DNA of 64,000 bases from Mayamaea pseudoterrestris. Its lineage: Eukaryota. The DNA is taken from the NCBI GenBank assembly GCA_027923505.1, contig BROI01000008.1, forward strand, positions 434,001 to 498,000. The letters are read 5' to 3'. Shown in pieces: positions 55,148-63,953 of the stretch (within the stretch, counting starts at the first letter, position 1; each line of letters opens with the position of its first letter). The notes beneath the pieces are model-generated. The model was not told where the DNA came from and made no database searches. It was given only the letters and a program-made list of their open reading frames with translations. The position numbers and the translations under genes were made by a program.

Positions 55148-58100
55148 ATGTCGACACCTACTACTGCTCCCCAAGACACTGAACCGGCCGAGGATCCGTT
55201 TCAGCCCGTCCTCCCCAAGAAAAAGCGCAACCCTGCTCCAAAGGATGGAGAGGGTCCAGTCCCTGCTCCAAAGGATGGAGAGGAACCCCCGACGCCGTCT
55301 CCAAAGGTTGGAGGCAAGCCATGGCCTACACCTCCCCACGCTCCCGCTCCCGCTCCCGCTCCAGCTCAGGCGCCCGTCCCGCCGCCTGCTCCTGCTCCTC
55401 CGGCTCCTCCAGCCCCTCCGGCGCCTCCAGCTCCTCCAGCTCCTCCAGCTCCACCGGCGCCTCCTGCCCCGCCTGCTCCTCCTGCCCCGCCGGCAGACGA
55501 GCCGCCTGAAGATCCAGGCGCCTTGGCGGCAGCCGTGGATGCGGATCGCCCTCCTAAACCGGTGCACGGTGCACTTTGCAAATTGGAAAAGAAGTACATT
55601 CCCTACACTGGCGGTGAGCCGGCCCGTGACTTTGCCGAGTTCCCTCAGCCAGCCTACACCATCCGTCCGTCTCCATTGGCTCGCCTCCGGTTTGATGATG
55701 CCAAGCTCACCGGTTGGAATGCCCGTACCAAAGGACTGTCGCAAAAGCTGTCCTTAAAGGGCGACCTGCTCGCTTGGGAAATGCAGGTTGAGGAGCATCT
55801 CGTCACCCATGGAATGGACACCATTGTGCACCTCGATCACCCTTTGGATGACAAGCAAACCGTCTCCATTATCAAGCACAGTGGGCTTTTCTTGACCACC
55901 GACGAGGTCATCCGTCATCTCGAGGGACCCAAGAAGACCTGGGACCCTTATGATGAGGCAAATGATGATGAGGCCACCACATTCCTTCGCAATTCCATTG
56001 ATTCCGAGTTGCTCAAGCGCCTCATGTACCAAACGCCCGGCGGCAAGAAGGAGCCCTTTGTCATCACCTTTTCCCGTGTCATGTCAATGATGCGCCAGCA
56101 CAACCGCGAGGTTCACCACCGCATCGAACGGGAGGCAGTGGCCATCCGTCCCCAAGCTTTTGCAGGCCAAAACATCACTGCTTATGCGACCGCTGTACTG
56201 GACAAGCTCAAGCCTCTCTTCAATGCCTGCACCTACAATCATGATACCACTGAGGAGCTCATCATGGCCCTAAACACCGCAGGAGGCGAGTGTTTGAAGG
56301 AAAACCCTGGTGAGCTGGCCTTCCGTGAGGCGCTTTATCCCTTCAAAAAGCGTTACTATAAGGCCCGCCTGGAGCTCCGCCCCATGCGTGAAAGTGAACG
56401 GCATTTCTACATGGCGGAGCAGCGGTGCCTGCCCGAAGACCTCTTTGCTGATGCCATTGCCTCCTATGACGTCCTCTGTTCCAAGCAATTGTGGCAGCCT
56501 GCCCGCAACCGCACGGATTCGCGGGTTCCCCAAGCCAATCTCCTCGAGCTCAATACCAAGTCCCAGAGCTCCTCCCGCTCCACCCTTGCCCAGCGCGGCT
56601 GTTTTGTATGCGGTTCCATGGCTCACCAAATTACCGACTGCCCCAAAAAGGACGAGCATTTCAACCCGAAGAAGGATGGTGGTTCCAACGGTGGTGGCTC
56701 CGGTGGATCCAGCAAGCCCTCCCATTCCGGTTCTGGTCGAGGCAACCAAGGCAAAGGCAACTCCTCCCGTCAGAACAATAATGGCAAGGGCAACAAAGGC
56801 AACAACAACCGCTCCTCCAACGGCAAAAAGGGCCGTTCCTCCTCCAACCAGGACTCCAAGCTCTGGTGTGGCTATTGCACTCGGTATGGCACCCACTGCA
56901 CCAAGGAGCACAAGGACACGCGCACCATGAAGAACCCACCCAAGGAGCCTCCTACTCATCAGGCAAACCTTGCAAATGTGCATGATCCCAATGAGTGGGT
57001 GGTCCCTTATGTTAACCTGGCGCAAGTTGAGTTCCAAAAGCGCTGGTCTGCCCCGTCTCCTGATCCTGCCACTGTCCCAGTTGCTGCCCCACTTGTGAAC
57101 CGTTGGGTGGCGCCTCCTCGCATCATTCCTGATGGCCCTCCTACAGTTCCTCCTCCTGTGGCTGCAGCTCCTACTGTCATTGATTTAACTGAGACGGTTG
57201 TGGATTTGACCCTTGACGGGGGATCTGACAGTGAATCCGGTCACAGTGCCTCCACCGTTCCCAGCACCAACAAGGCAAAGCGCCCTGCTCGGTCCCACAG
57301 CAGTCCCTCTCGGTTCCCCAAGTCTGCCAAGATTGCTGTTGGTACCTTGCTCCTTTTGAGCCTGTGTGCTCCCAAGGCTGATGCATTTGCCCCGTTTGTC
57401 GCCCTCCGCCCTGCTGTGACCCCAGCTCCAAGCCCTACACTCAGCCAAGTGTATGAGTGGTTTCCGCCCGTGTTCACCCCAGTTCCTGAGCCTGCCTTGC
57501 CTACCGCCACCATTCACCTTCAGGAGACTGCCTCTCGGTTTAAGGAAGCCATTGGTGTGCCTGTGCCTGCCGTCACCCTTCTGGCCTCCTCGCTCCTTGA
57601 GCTCGCCAGCTCCAGCCTCTCCCTTGTGCATGCCACCCTCTTCTTCTACTGGATGCACTGGGAGCTCATTGAACCTTTCCTTTTGTGGTTCTTTCTGGCT
57701 GGATTGGTTCTGCTTGCCTGCTGGTACCGCGCCGCCTACCGCCGCCTTCGTCGGGGCCCACTTGGATGCCAACCTGCTCCATACTTGCGGCGCCTCCTCC
57801 TGCCTTACCGTGCCTACCGCGCCTTGAGTCGCACTGCCTGGCGAGGTATTCAAAGGTCTGTCTGGTGGGAAGCCTTCCTTTTGATGGATCATTTTGACCG
57901 GCGCCTCACACGGTGGTTTGCTCGGCAGTTTGCCTACTGGCTCTCCTACTGGCCTGCCAACGGGGGAAGATGCCATGCGAGGCCTGCGACTGTCCCTTTA
58001 CACCTTCAACGGGCACTCCTGGATCCCAATGCAATGATTGGCCATGTGGATCCTCAATATCCTCGGTATGTACCTGCCTCTCCCCGCAACAAGCGCCGCC

Positions 58101-58372
58101 GCCGCCAGCGCCGCAACAAGCGCGACCGCTGTGTTGCTGTGGCTGTTCCAGTTGCTCCTCCTCCGCCGCCTCTTCCAGTCCCTCACGTCCCTAAATCCCG
58201 CCGTCGAGGCCGCCGAGGCCGAGGCCGTTCCCGTAAAGGCAAGTCCCTTGGAAGAGACCAGTCTCGCAGCCCCTCCCGTGATCCTAAACGGGGGAATACT
58301 TTGTCAACCCAGCACGAGACCAAGCCATCTGCCAAGTCCATCACCAGACGCCGTTCACGTCCCTCCCATTAG
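55148..58372 (+). CDS. gag: Retrotransposon ORF1: Gag with a long membrane-protein-like C-terminal extension
   Basis: 1074 aa. It has a (PPA)n N-terminus, a CCHC knuckle CFVCGSMAHQITDC (56600..56641) and a second CxxC-H-H motif (56867..56911). Hydrophobic segments lie at ~57330-57395 and 57550-57730, followed by an Arg-rich tail. Confidence 0.9.
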   Translation: MSTPTTAPQDTEPAEDPFQPVLPKKKRNPAPKDGEGPVPAPKDGEEPPTPSPKVGGKPWPTPPHAPAPAPAPAQAPVPPPAPAPPAPPAPPAPPAPPAPPAPPAPPAPPAPPAPPADEPPEDPGALAAAVDADRPPKPVHGALCKLEKKYIPYTGGEPARDFAEFPQPAYTIRPSPLARLRFDDAKLTGWNARTKGLSQKLSLKGDLLAWEMQVEEHLVTHGMDTIVHLDHPLDDKQTVSIIKHSGLFLTTDEVIRHLEGPKKTWDPYDEANDDEATTFLRNSIDSELLKRLMYQTPGGKKEPFVITFSRVMSMMRQHNREVHHRIEREAVAIRPQAFAGQNITAYATAVLDKLKPLFNACTYNHDTTEELIMALNTAGGECLKENPGELAFREALYPFKKRYYKARLELRPMRESERHFYMAEQRCLPEDLFADAIASYDVLCSKQLWQPARNRTDSRVPQANLLELNTKSQSSSRSTLAQRGCFVCGSMAHQITDCPKKDEHFNPKKDGGSNGGGSGGSSKPSHSGSGRGNQGKGNSSRQNNNGKGNKGNNNRSSNGKKGRSSSNQDSKLWCGYCTRYGTHCTKEHKDTRTMKNPPKEPPTHQANLANVHDPNEWVVPYVNLAQVEFQKRWSAPSPDPATVPVAAPLVNRWVAPPRIIPDGPPTVPPPVAAAPTVIDLTETVVDLTLDGGSDSESGHSASTVPSTNKAKRPARSHSSPSRFPKSAKIAVGTLLLLSLCAPKADAFAPFVALRPAVTPAPSPTLSQVYEWFPPVFTPVPEPALPTATIHLQETASRFKEAIGVPVPAVTLLASSLLELASSSLSLVHATLFFYWMHWELIEPFLLWFFLAGLVLLACWYRAAYRRLRRGPLGCQPAPYLRRLLLPYRAYRALSRTAWRGIQRSVWWEAFLLMDHFDRRLTRWFARQFAYWLSYWPANGGRCHARPATVPLHLQRALLDPNAMIGHVDPQYPRYVPASPRNKRRRRQRRNKRDRCVAVAVPVAPPPPPLPVPHVPKSRRRGRRGRGRSRKGKSLGRDQSRSPSRDPKRGNTLSTQHETKPSAKSITRRRSRPSH

Positions 58373-61300
58373 CTATCTTGCTTCTGCCTACGTCTTGAGC
58401 CTTTCCTCCTCTGAGCGAGAGGCATTGGCTCTTAGACTTCGCAGCCATCCCGACGCCAATCCTAACTTCATTGACTCTAAGCCCAAGGCTAAAGAAGAGC
58501 AGTTCAAAGTGATTTGGGATTCAGGCGCCAGCATCTCCCTTTCTCCATGCCGCTCTGACTTTGTTGGTCCAATTGAAACGCCTCCTGAGGGAGCATTTAT
58601 CAATGGATTGTTTCAACCTGGTCGCATTGCAGGCAGGGGATGTGTTGCCTGGACCTTCCTTGACAATGGAGGCATGCGGCGCACCCTCAAACTCCCTGCA
58701 TATTACGTTCCTACTGGAAAGGTTCGGTTGCTCAGTACCTCCAACTTGCTGCAGCAATACCCAGAGGAATTCATCTATGGAGATGAGCATGCTATCTATC
58801 TAAGTGGAACCAAGTCTACCACGCATGAGGATGGATCCATTACCAACAATGGGATTGAAGTCTTGGTGGATCCTGATTCAAACTTGCCCACTGCCTACGC
58901 CATTGACAATGATTCTGGCCCAAATGCCTTTTACATCGATCCTGGAACACCTGGCCCTCCACCTGGTCCAGCACCAAGTTCACCTTCTGACCAATCACAA
59001 GGCGAAGGAGGCTCAAGTGGTTCATCTCCTGGTTCTCCACAAGGCCCTCGAGACCCTGATCCGCCTTCTTCTTCCCCATCTGGCGCGCCAAGTGCTCCAG
59101 GCTCTCCATATTGCCTTGCAGTCACCCCAGCTCCTTCCGTCCTTTCAAACATCAACAAGAATCTCAGTGAGTCTGAAAAGGAGCTCCTTAGATGGCATTT
59201 CCGCCTTGGCCATCTCGCCTTCAACCGGATCCAGTTCCTGATGCGCAGTGGCACCCTCTCCCATTCAGAGGCCCAGCGCAGGCTCCATGCCCTTAGCTCC
59301 CGCATTATTCACCCTCCAATGTGTGCTGCCTGTCAATATGCCAAGCAAAAGGTTCGCGCAACCCCAGGCATTCAGTCTCAAGCAGTTAAAGACCGAGCGG
59401 GTGTCCTACGGCGCGACAATCTGTTTCCAGGGCAGCGCGTCAGTGTGGACCATTTCATTTGCTCTACAAAGGGCCGTGACCTGTTCAACTCTAGAGGCAA
59501 GAGTCAAGAAACTGAGCTCTTCAGTGGCGGTTGCATCTTTGTGGATCATGCTACTGGCTTTGTCCACATTGAGTTCCAGAAGCACCTCAATTCTGATGAA
59601 ACGCTTGCAGCCAAGGAGGCCTTTGAGCTCAAATGCCGTGACTTTGGAGTCCTTCCTCAAGAGTATCTTTCAGACAATGGAAGAGCCTTTACCTCCCAAG
59701 CATTTGCGCAGCATTTGTCCACCTTTGCTCAAGTTAGCAGGTTTGCTGGCACTGGAGCCCACCATCACAATGGCATTGCAGAGCGCAGTATCCAAACAAT
59801 CATGAGCATCTCGCGTGCTATGATGCTGCATGCCTCCATCCACTGGAGTGAAGTCTCTGATCCTAATCTGTGGCCCATGGCCTGCAGCTACGCCGTCTTC
59901 CTTTGGAACAAGATGCCAGACCTGCAAAGCGGTGTGAGTCCCCATGACCTCTTTACCAGGACTCGCTGGCCTCAAGCCAAGTTCCATGACCTCCATGTAT
60001 GGGGATGCCCAGTGTATGTCCTTGAAAAGCGCCTTTCTGATGGCCAGAAGCTTCCAAGGTGGTCACCTCGCTCCAAGCGCTGCATCTTCATGGGTATGAG
60101 CGACAGTCATGCCAGCTCTGTCCCTTTGGTCCTCAATCCTGCAACAGGAGCTATTACACCACAGTTCCATGTTGTTTTTGATGACTGGTTTGCTACAGTT
60201 ACCTCGGAACCGTCCAGTTTGCCTGACTTCAACACCCCGGCCTGGGACAAGATGTTTGGCGAAAGCGCCTACCAGTACATTCCCACCGACGAACCCGAGT
60301 CTCTGTCTGCAACACCGGATGATGCTACACCTCCCATTACTGAAGCTGCAAGTCAAAGGATCGACAGGGTACAGAATGCCTTCGAACGCAACAGTCCCCC
60401 TCGCGTCCTTCCCATTCCGCCTCCGCCTGAGCCAACCTGGGCACAGCTTCCGCCAGCACCGGCGCCAATGCCAGCTACGCCAGCGGTACCAAGAGCGCCC
60501 AGTCCTCCTCCTACAAGGGCGCCAAGTTCGCCTCCACCAAGGGCGCCTAGTCCTCCTCCTGCAAGGGCGCCTAGTCCGCCTCCAACAAGGGCGCCATCTC
60601 CCATTTTGCACGACCCAAGGGCGAACGAATCCGCACCTCCGTCGTCACCTGCACCTCCGCCGGCTCCAGCTACACAGCATGAACCAAGACGCTCTAGTCG
60701 CTCCAATTTTGGTGTTCAACCCAATCGACTTACCTACCCGCGCCTTGGCCTTCCAGCCATGTTCGCCTACACTGAAAAGGTGGCTGAGTATGCCCATTTT
60801 GCCTCCCTGTATTCCGCCTTCCGCATCCCAGCGCCAGCCATTTACAAAGCTGCTGCCTCTGATCCCGACACCCTTTCCTGGGATGAGGCAATGTGCGATG
60901 TATCTCACCGAGATCACTGGCTCAAGGCTGCAGAAGGAGAAATCACATCCCTACAGTCAAAAGGCACATGGATTGAAGTCCCCAAGTCTGAGGCCAAGAG
61001 CAGGATCATCCCCGGCACCTGGGTCTTTCGCCGCAAGCGTTCACCCGATGGCACAATCAAGAAGTACAAAGCTCGCTTCTGTGTCCGTGGTGACCTTGAG
61101 GAAGGCTCATTTGACACCTTTGCCCCGGTTGTGGCCTGGTCTACCATTCGCCTCCTCCTAGTGTTTGCCCTGACCCTTGACTGGCATGCCTGCACCGTCG
61201 ATTTTGCAAGTGCCTTTGTCCAAGATGAATTGGATAAGCCAGTCTGGATTCACATTCCTCGAGGTTTCAACTCAAGCAAAGGCCCCAACCACTGCCTGCG

Positions 61301-62441
61301 CCTCAAGAAGAGCCTCTACGGCTTGTCCGTTGCACCCCGACTCTGGTTTCAACACCTGTGCAGCGCCTTGAAAAGCCTTGGTCTCATACAAAGCTCCTTT
61401 GACCAATGCTTGTTCTTTGGCCTTGGTCTAGTGTGCGGGTGCTATGTGGACGATTTAGCTATCATTGGCAAGACTCCAAAGGTTGTCAACGACTTTGTTG
61501 CAAAGCACCGGTCCCTTGGTCTTGAACTCACTCAGGAAGACTCCCTTTGCGAGTACCTTGGCATCAAGCTTGTACGTGATGATGCTAAAGGGACCTACAC
61601 TCTCACCCAACAAGGATTGATTGACAAGATTATCACTGCCACTGGCCTTGCCGAGTCCAACCCCAACAGTGTCCCTGCTACCCAGCTTGCCCTTGGCACC
61701 GACCCCGATGGAGCCTACATGCAAGAAGGCTGGTCCTACCCTTCTGTTGTTGGCATGCTCCTCTATCTTGCCATCAATACCCGCCCAGACATTGCCTATG
61801 CCATCAGTCAAGTAGCACGTTTCAACCATGGTCCCAAGCAGACTCATGCGAGAGCTGTTAAAATGATTGTCCGTTACCTCAAGGGATCCCGCACCATTGG
61901 CACCGTCATGAAGCCAAATGGTTCCTTCAATCTTGATCTTTATACGGATGCCGACTATGCTGGTTTGTATAAACAGGAACCCGACCATTCTGCTACAGCA
62001 GTCCGCTCTCGTACAGGCTACATCATTCTTCTCGGTAGCTGCCCGCTTGTTTGGAAATCCCAGCTACAGACCGAGATTGCCCTTTCAACTCTGGAAGCCA
62101 AGTACTGTGCACTCTCCCTTGGTCTTAAAGCCCTTCTCCCTCTCAAGCGCATCCTTATGGAAGTCCTTCAGACCCTCCGCCTTCCCAGTCCTACAGCAAC
62201 TTGCGTGAGCGCTCGTGCCTACCAGGATAACCAAGGCGCCTTCTACCTTGCCGTCAATAAGCGCCTCACCAACCGCACCAAGCACATGTTGGTCAAGTTC
62301 CATTGGTTTTGGCGCCACCATGAGCAAGGCGAATTCTCTATCTGCATGGTTAAGTCGGCCGATCAACTGGCAGACTACCTCACCAAGGGTCTCTCCAAGG
62401 ATGTGTTCCTCAAGAACCGCAGAAGCGTCCAACACAATTAA
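58038..62441 (+). CDS. pol: Retrotransposon ORF2: Pol (protease, integrase, RT, RNase H), in the +1 frame relative to gag
   Basis: PR IWDSGAS; HHCC WHFRLGH..CAAC; IN VDH/SDNG/GIAER; RT KYKARFCVRGD, VDFASAF, SLYGL, YVDD; RH YTDADYA, YQDNQ, RTKH, QLADYLTK. Confidence 0.95.
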   Translation: MAMWILNILGMYLPLPATSAAAASAATSATAVLLWLFQLLLLRRLFQSLTSLNPAVEAAEAEAVPVKASPLEETSLAAPPVILNGGILCQPSTRPSHLPSPSPDAVHVPPISYLASAYVLSLSSSEREALALRLRSHPDANPNFIDSKPKAKEEQFKVIWDSGASISLSPCRSDFVGPIETPPEGAFINGLFQPGRIAGRGCVAWTFLDNGGMRRTLKLPAYYVPTGKVRLLSTSNLLQQYPEEFIYGDEHAIYLSGTKSTTHEDGSITNNGIEVLVDPDSNLPTAYAIDNDSGPNAFYIDPGTPGPPPGPAPSSPSDQSQGEGGSSGSSPGSPQGPRDPDPPSSSPSGAPSAPGSPYCLAVTPAPSVLSNINKNLSESEKELLRWHFRLGHLAFNRIQFLMRSGTLSHSEAQRRLHALSSRIIHPPMCAACQYAKQKVRATPGIQSQAVKDRAGVLRRDNLFPGQRVSVDHFICSTKGRDLFNSRGKSQETELFSGGCIFVDHATGFVHIEFQKHLNSDETLAAKEAFELKCRDFGVLPQEYLSDNGRAFTSQAFAQHLSTFAQVSRFAGTGAHHHNGIAERSIQTIMSISRAMMLHASIHWSEVSDPNLWPMACSYAVFLWNKMPDLQSGVSPHDLFTRTRWPQAKFHDLHVWGCPVYVLEKRLSDGQKLPRWSPRSKRCIFMGMSDSHASSVPLVLNPATGAITPQFHVVFDDWFATVTSEPSSLPDFNTPAWDKMFGESAYQYIPTDEPESLSATPDDATPPITEAASQRIDRVQNAFERNSPPRVLPIPPPPEPTWAQLPPAPAPMPATPAVPRAPSPPPTRAPSSPPPRAPSPPPARAPSPPPTRAPSPILHDPRANESAPPSSPAPPPAPATQHEPRRSSRSNFGVQPNRLTYPRLGLPAMFAYTEKVAEYAHFASLYSAFRIPAPAIYKAAASDPDTLSWDEAMCDVSHRDHWLKAAEGEITSLQSKGTWIEVPKSEAKSRIIPGTWVFRRKRSPDGTIKKYKARFCVRGDLEEGSFDTFAPVVAWSTIRLLLVFALTLDWHACTVDFASAFVQDELDKPVWIHIPRGFNSSKGPNHCLRLKKSLYGLSVAPRLWFQHLCSALKSLGLIQSSFDQCLFFGLGLVCGCYVDDLAIIGKTPKVVNDFVAKHRSLGLELTQEDSLCEYLGIKLVRDDAKGTYTLTQQGLIDKIITATGLAESNPNSVPATQLALGTDPDGAYMQEGWSYPSVVGMLLYLAINTRPDIAYAISQVARFNHGPKQTHARAVKMIVRYLKGSRTIGTVMKPNGSFNLDLYTDADYAGLYKQEPDHSATAVRSRTGYIILLGSCPLVWKSQLQTEIALSTLEAKYCALSLGLKALLPLKRILMEVLQTLRLPSPTATCVSARAYQDNQGAFYLAVNKRLTNRTKHMLVKFHWFWRHHEQGEFSICMVKSADQLADYLTKGLSKDVFLKNRRSVQHN

Positions 62442-62524
62442 GCTCCTGCTGCTTCTTCTACATCTCTACACCTCTACATTCAAATAACTACATTTTACAT
62501 TCCCATTCCTATTTGCCTGCATTC

Positions 62525-62537
62525 AAGCGCAAGGGCG
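62525..62537 (+). promoter_or_regulatory. Polypurine tract
   Basis: The purine-rich aagcgcaagggcg lies immediately 5' of the 3' LTR. Confidence 0.65.
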
Positions 62538-62924
62538 AGTTAAGGTATCTTCGGATCGGGTTCATATCTCTCCGGTACTCCGGGTCCGTTTCGACACCCA
62601 TCATGTGTGGTCGGAATGTTCTTCATGTTGCTTGCTTCACCATGGCAACGCCTTGCTAGTAAAGGCATGCCCCAACCTCTCGCAAGCATGGTTACACTGT
62701 CAAACGGTCTATTATTACATAGGGAATCAGTTGAGGCGATCCGTTTGGCATGCATAACTGTAGTTTTCGCCCAACGCCTCGGGCGATGGTTTTGCAACTT
62801 GTTCGCTCAAATCTCGCTCACAATCTGATAGTCTGGTTGGTCCATAACACTATAAAGCAACAGTTGCATTACAAAGCATCTCCTTTCATCGTACTCAAGT
62901 AGATTGCATCAAGCATTCTTCACT
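62538..62924 (+). repeat. 3' LTR (387 bp)
   Basis: Direct repeat of 54630..55016, followed by the TSD CAAAG. Confidence 0.95.
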
Positions 62925-62929
62925 CAAAG

Positions 62930-63953
62930 CTTGTCACATTCTGTAGCTTCCAGTTGGTCTCCCAGCACTTACTCCAGCAGCCTACCATCAAAGCGCCAAG
63001 CCCAGAGTGTCACCTAGCGCAGGACCCAGTCTCCATCATAGTGCAGCACCAATATTTTCCTCTTCTGCAGCTTCCAACACCCGCCCCAGCAGCTTGTTAA
63101 CAAATGTGCCTTTCAGTGACCCAAGCGCCAAGCGCAGTGATCCCTGCACCGTACCAAGCAGCTTGCCATCAAGTGTGCCATCAAGTAATCTATGCGTTAA
63201 GCCCAGTGTCTTACCTAGCGCAGGACCCAGTATCCTTCCCAGTGCAGCTCCAAGCTTGTCACCATCTGTGGCTCCCAGTTGCTCTCCCAGCAGCCATCCC
63301 AGCAGCTTGCCATCAAGTGTGCCATCATGTGGTCCAAGCGGCAAGCCCAGTAACTCACCTAGCGCAGGACCCAGTCTCCTTCCCAGTGCAGCTGCAAGCT
63401 TGTCACCCTCTGTAGCTCCCAGTTGGTCTCCCAGCACCCAATCCAGCAGCTTGCCATCAAGTGTGCCAACATGTGATCCAAGCGGCAAGCCCAGTGACTC
63501 ACCTAGAGCAGGACCCAGTCTCCTTCCCAGTGCAGCATCAAGCTTGTCACCCTCTAGTAGCTCCCAGTTTGTCTATCAGCACTCAACCCGGCAGCTTGCC
63601 ATCAAGTGTGCCATCAAGTGATCCAAATGCCAAGCTAGGCTCTCCGTTTGTCTCTAGGCACTAAACCCAGCAGCTTGCCATCAAGTGTGCCAACATGTGA
63701 TCCAAGCGGCAAGCCTAGTGACTCACCTAGAGCAGGACCCAGTCTCCTTCCCAGTGCAGATGCAAGCTTGGTCACCCTCTGTAGCTCCTAGCTGGTCTCC
63801 CAGCACCCAACCCAGCAGCTTGCCATCAAGTGTGTTGTCATGTGATGCAAGCGGCAAGCCCAGTGACTCACCTAGCGCAGGACTCAGTCTCCTTCCCAGT
63901 GCAGCTTCGAGTTTGTCACCCTCTGTGGCTCTCAGTTTGTCTCCAAGCACTTA
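62930..63953 (+). pseudogene. Decayed Pro/Ser-rich (PSxx)n coding repeat with a 144-bp higher-order unit
   Basis: The agcagcttgcc anchor recurs at 63157, 63301, 63445 and ~63590. Translation gives PSSLPSSVPS..PSGKPSDSPSAGPSLLPSAAPSLSPSVAPS, with frameshifts and many Cys/Trp codons consistent with CpG decay. Confidence 0.8.

Larger units (their letters stand above)
54630..62924 (+). mobile_element. Full-length Ty1/copia (diatom CoDi-like) LTR retrotransposon, 8295 bp, with 5-bp TSD CAAAG
   Basis: Two 387-bp direct repeats, with CAAAG at 54625..54629 and 62925..62929. PBS and PPT are present, and the domain order is Gag-PR-IN-RT-RH. Confidence 0.97.

Noticed and set aside
55097..57976. Long antisense ORFs (215, 255 and 263 aa) opposite gag
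   Set aside because: These are shadow ORFs expected from the C-rich, biased codon usage of the sense strand and have no domain motifs.
62919..62929. Canonical CA end for the LTR at ...TTCA (62922)
   Set aside because: LTR identity extends through CT. A CA end would need TSD CTCAA, which is absent on the left, and the left end has no TG.
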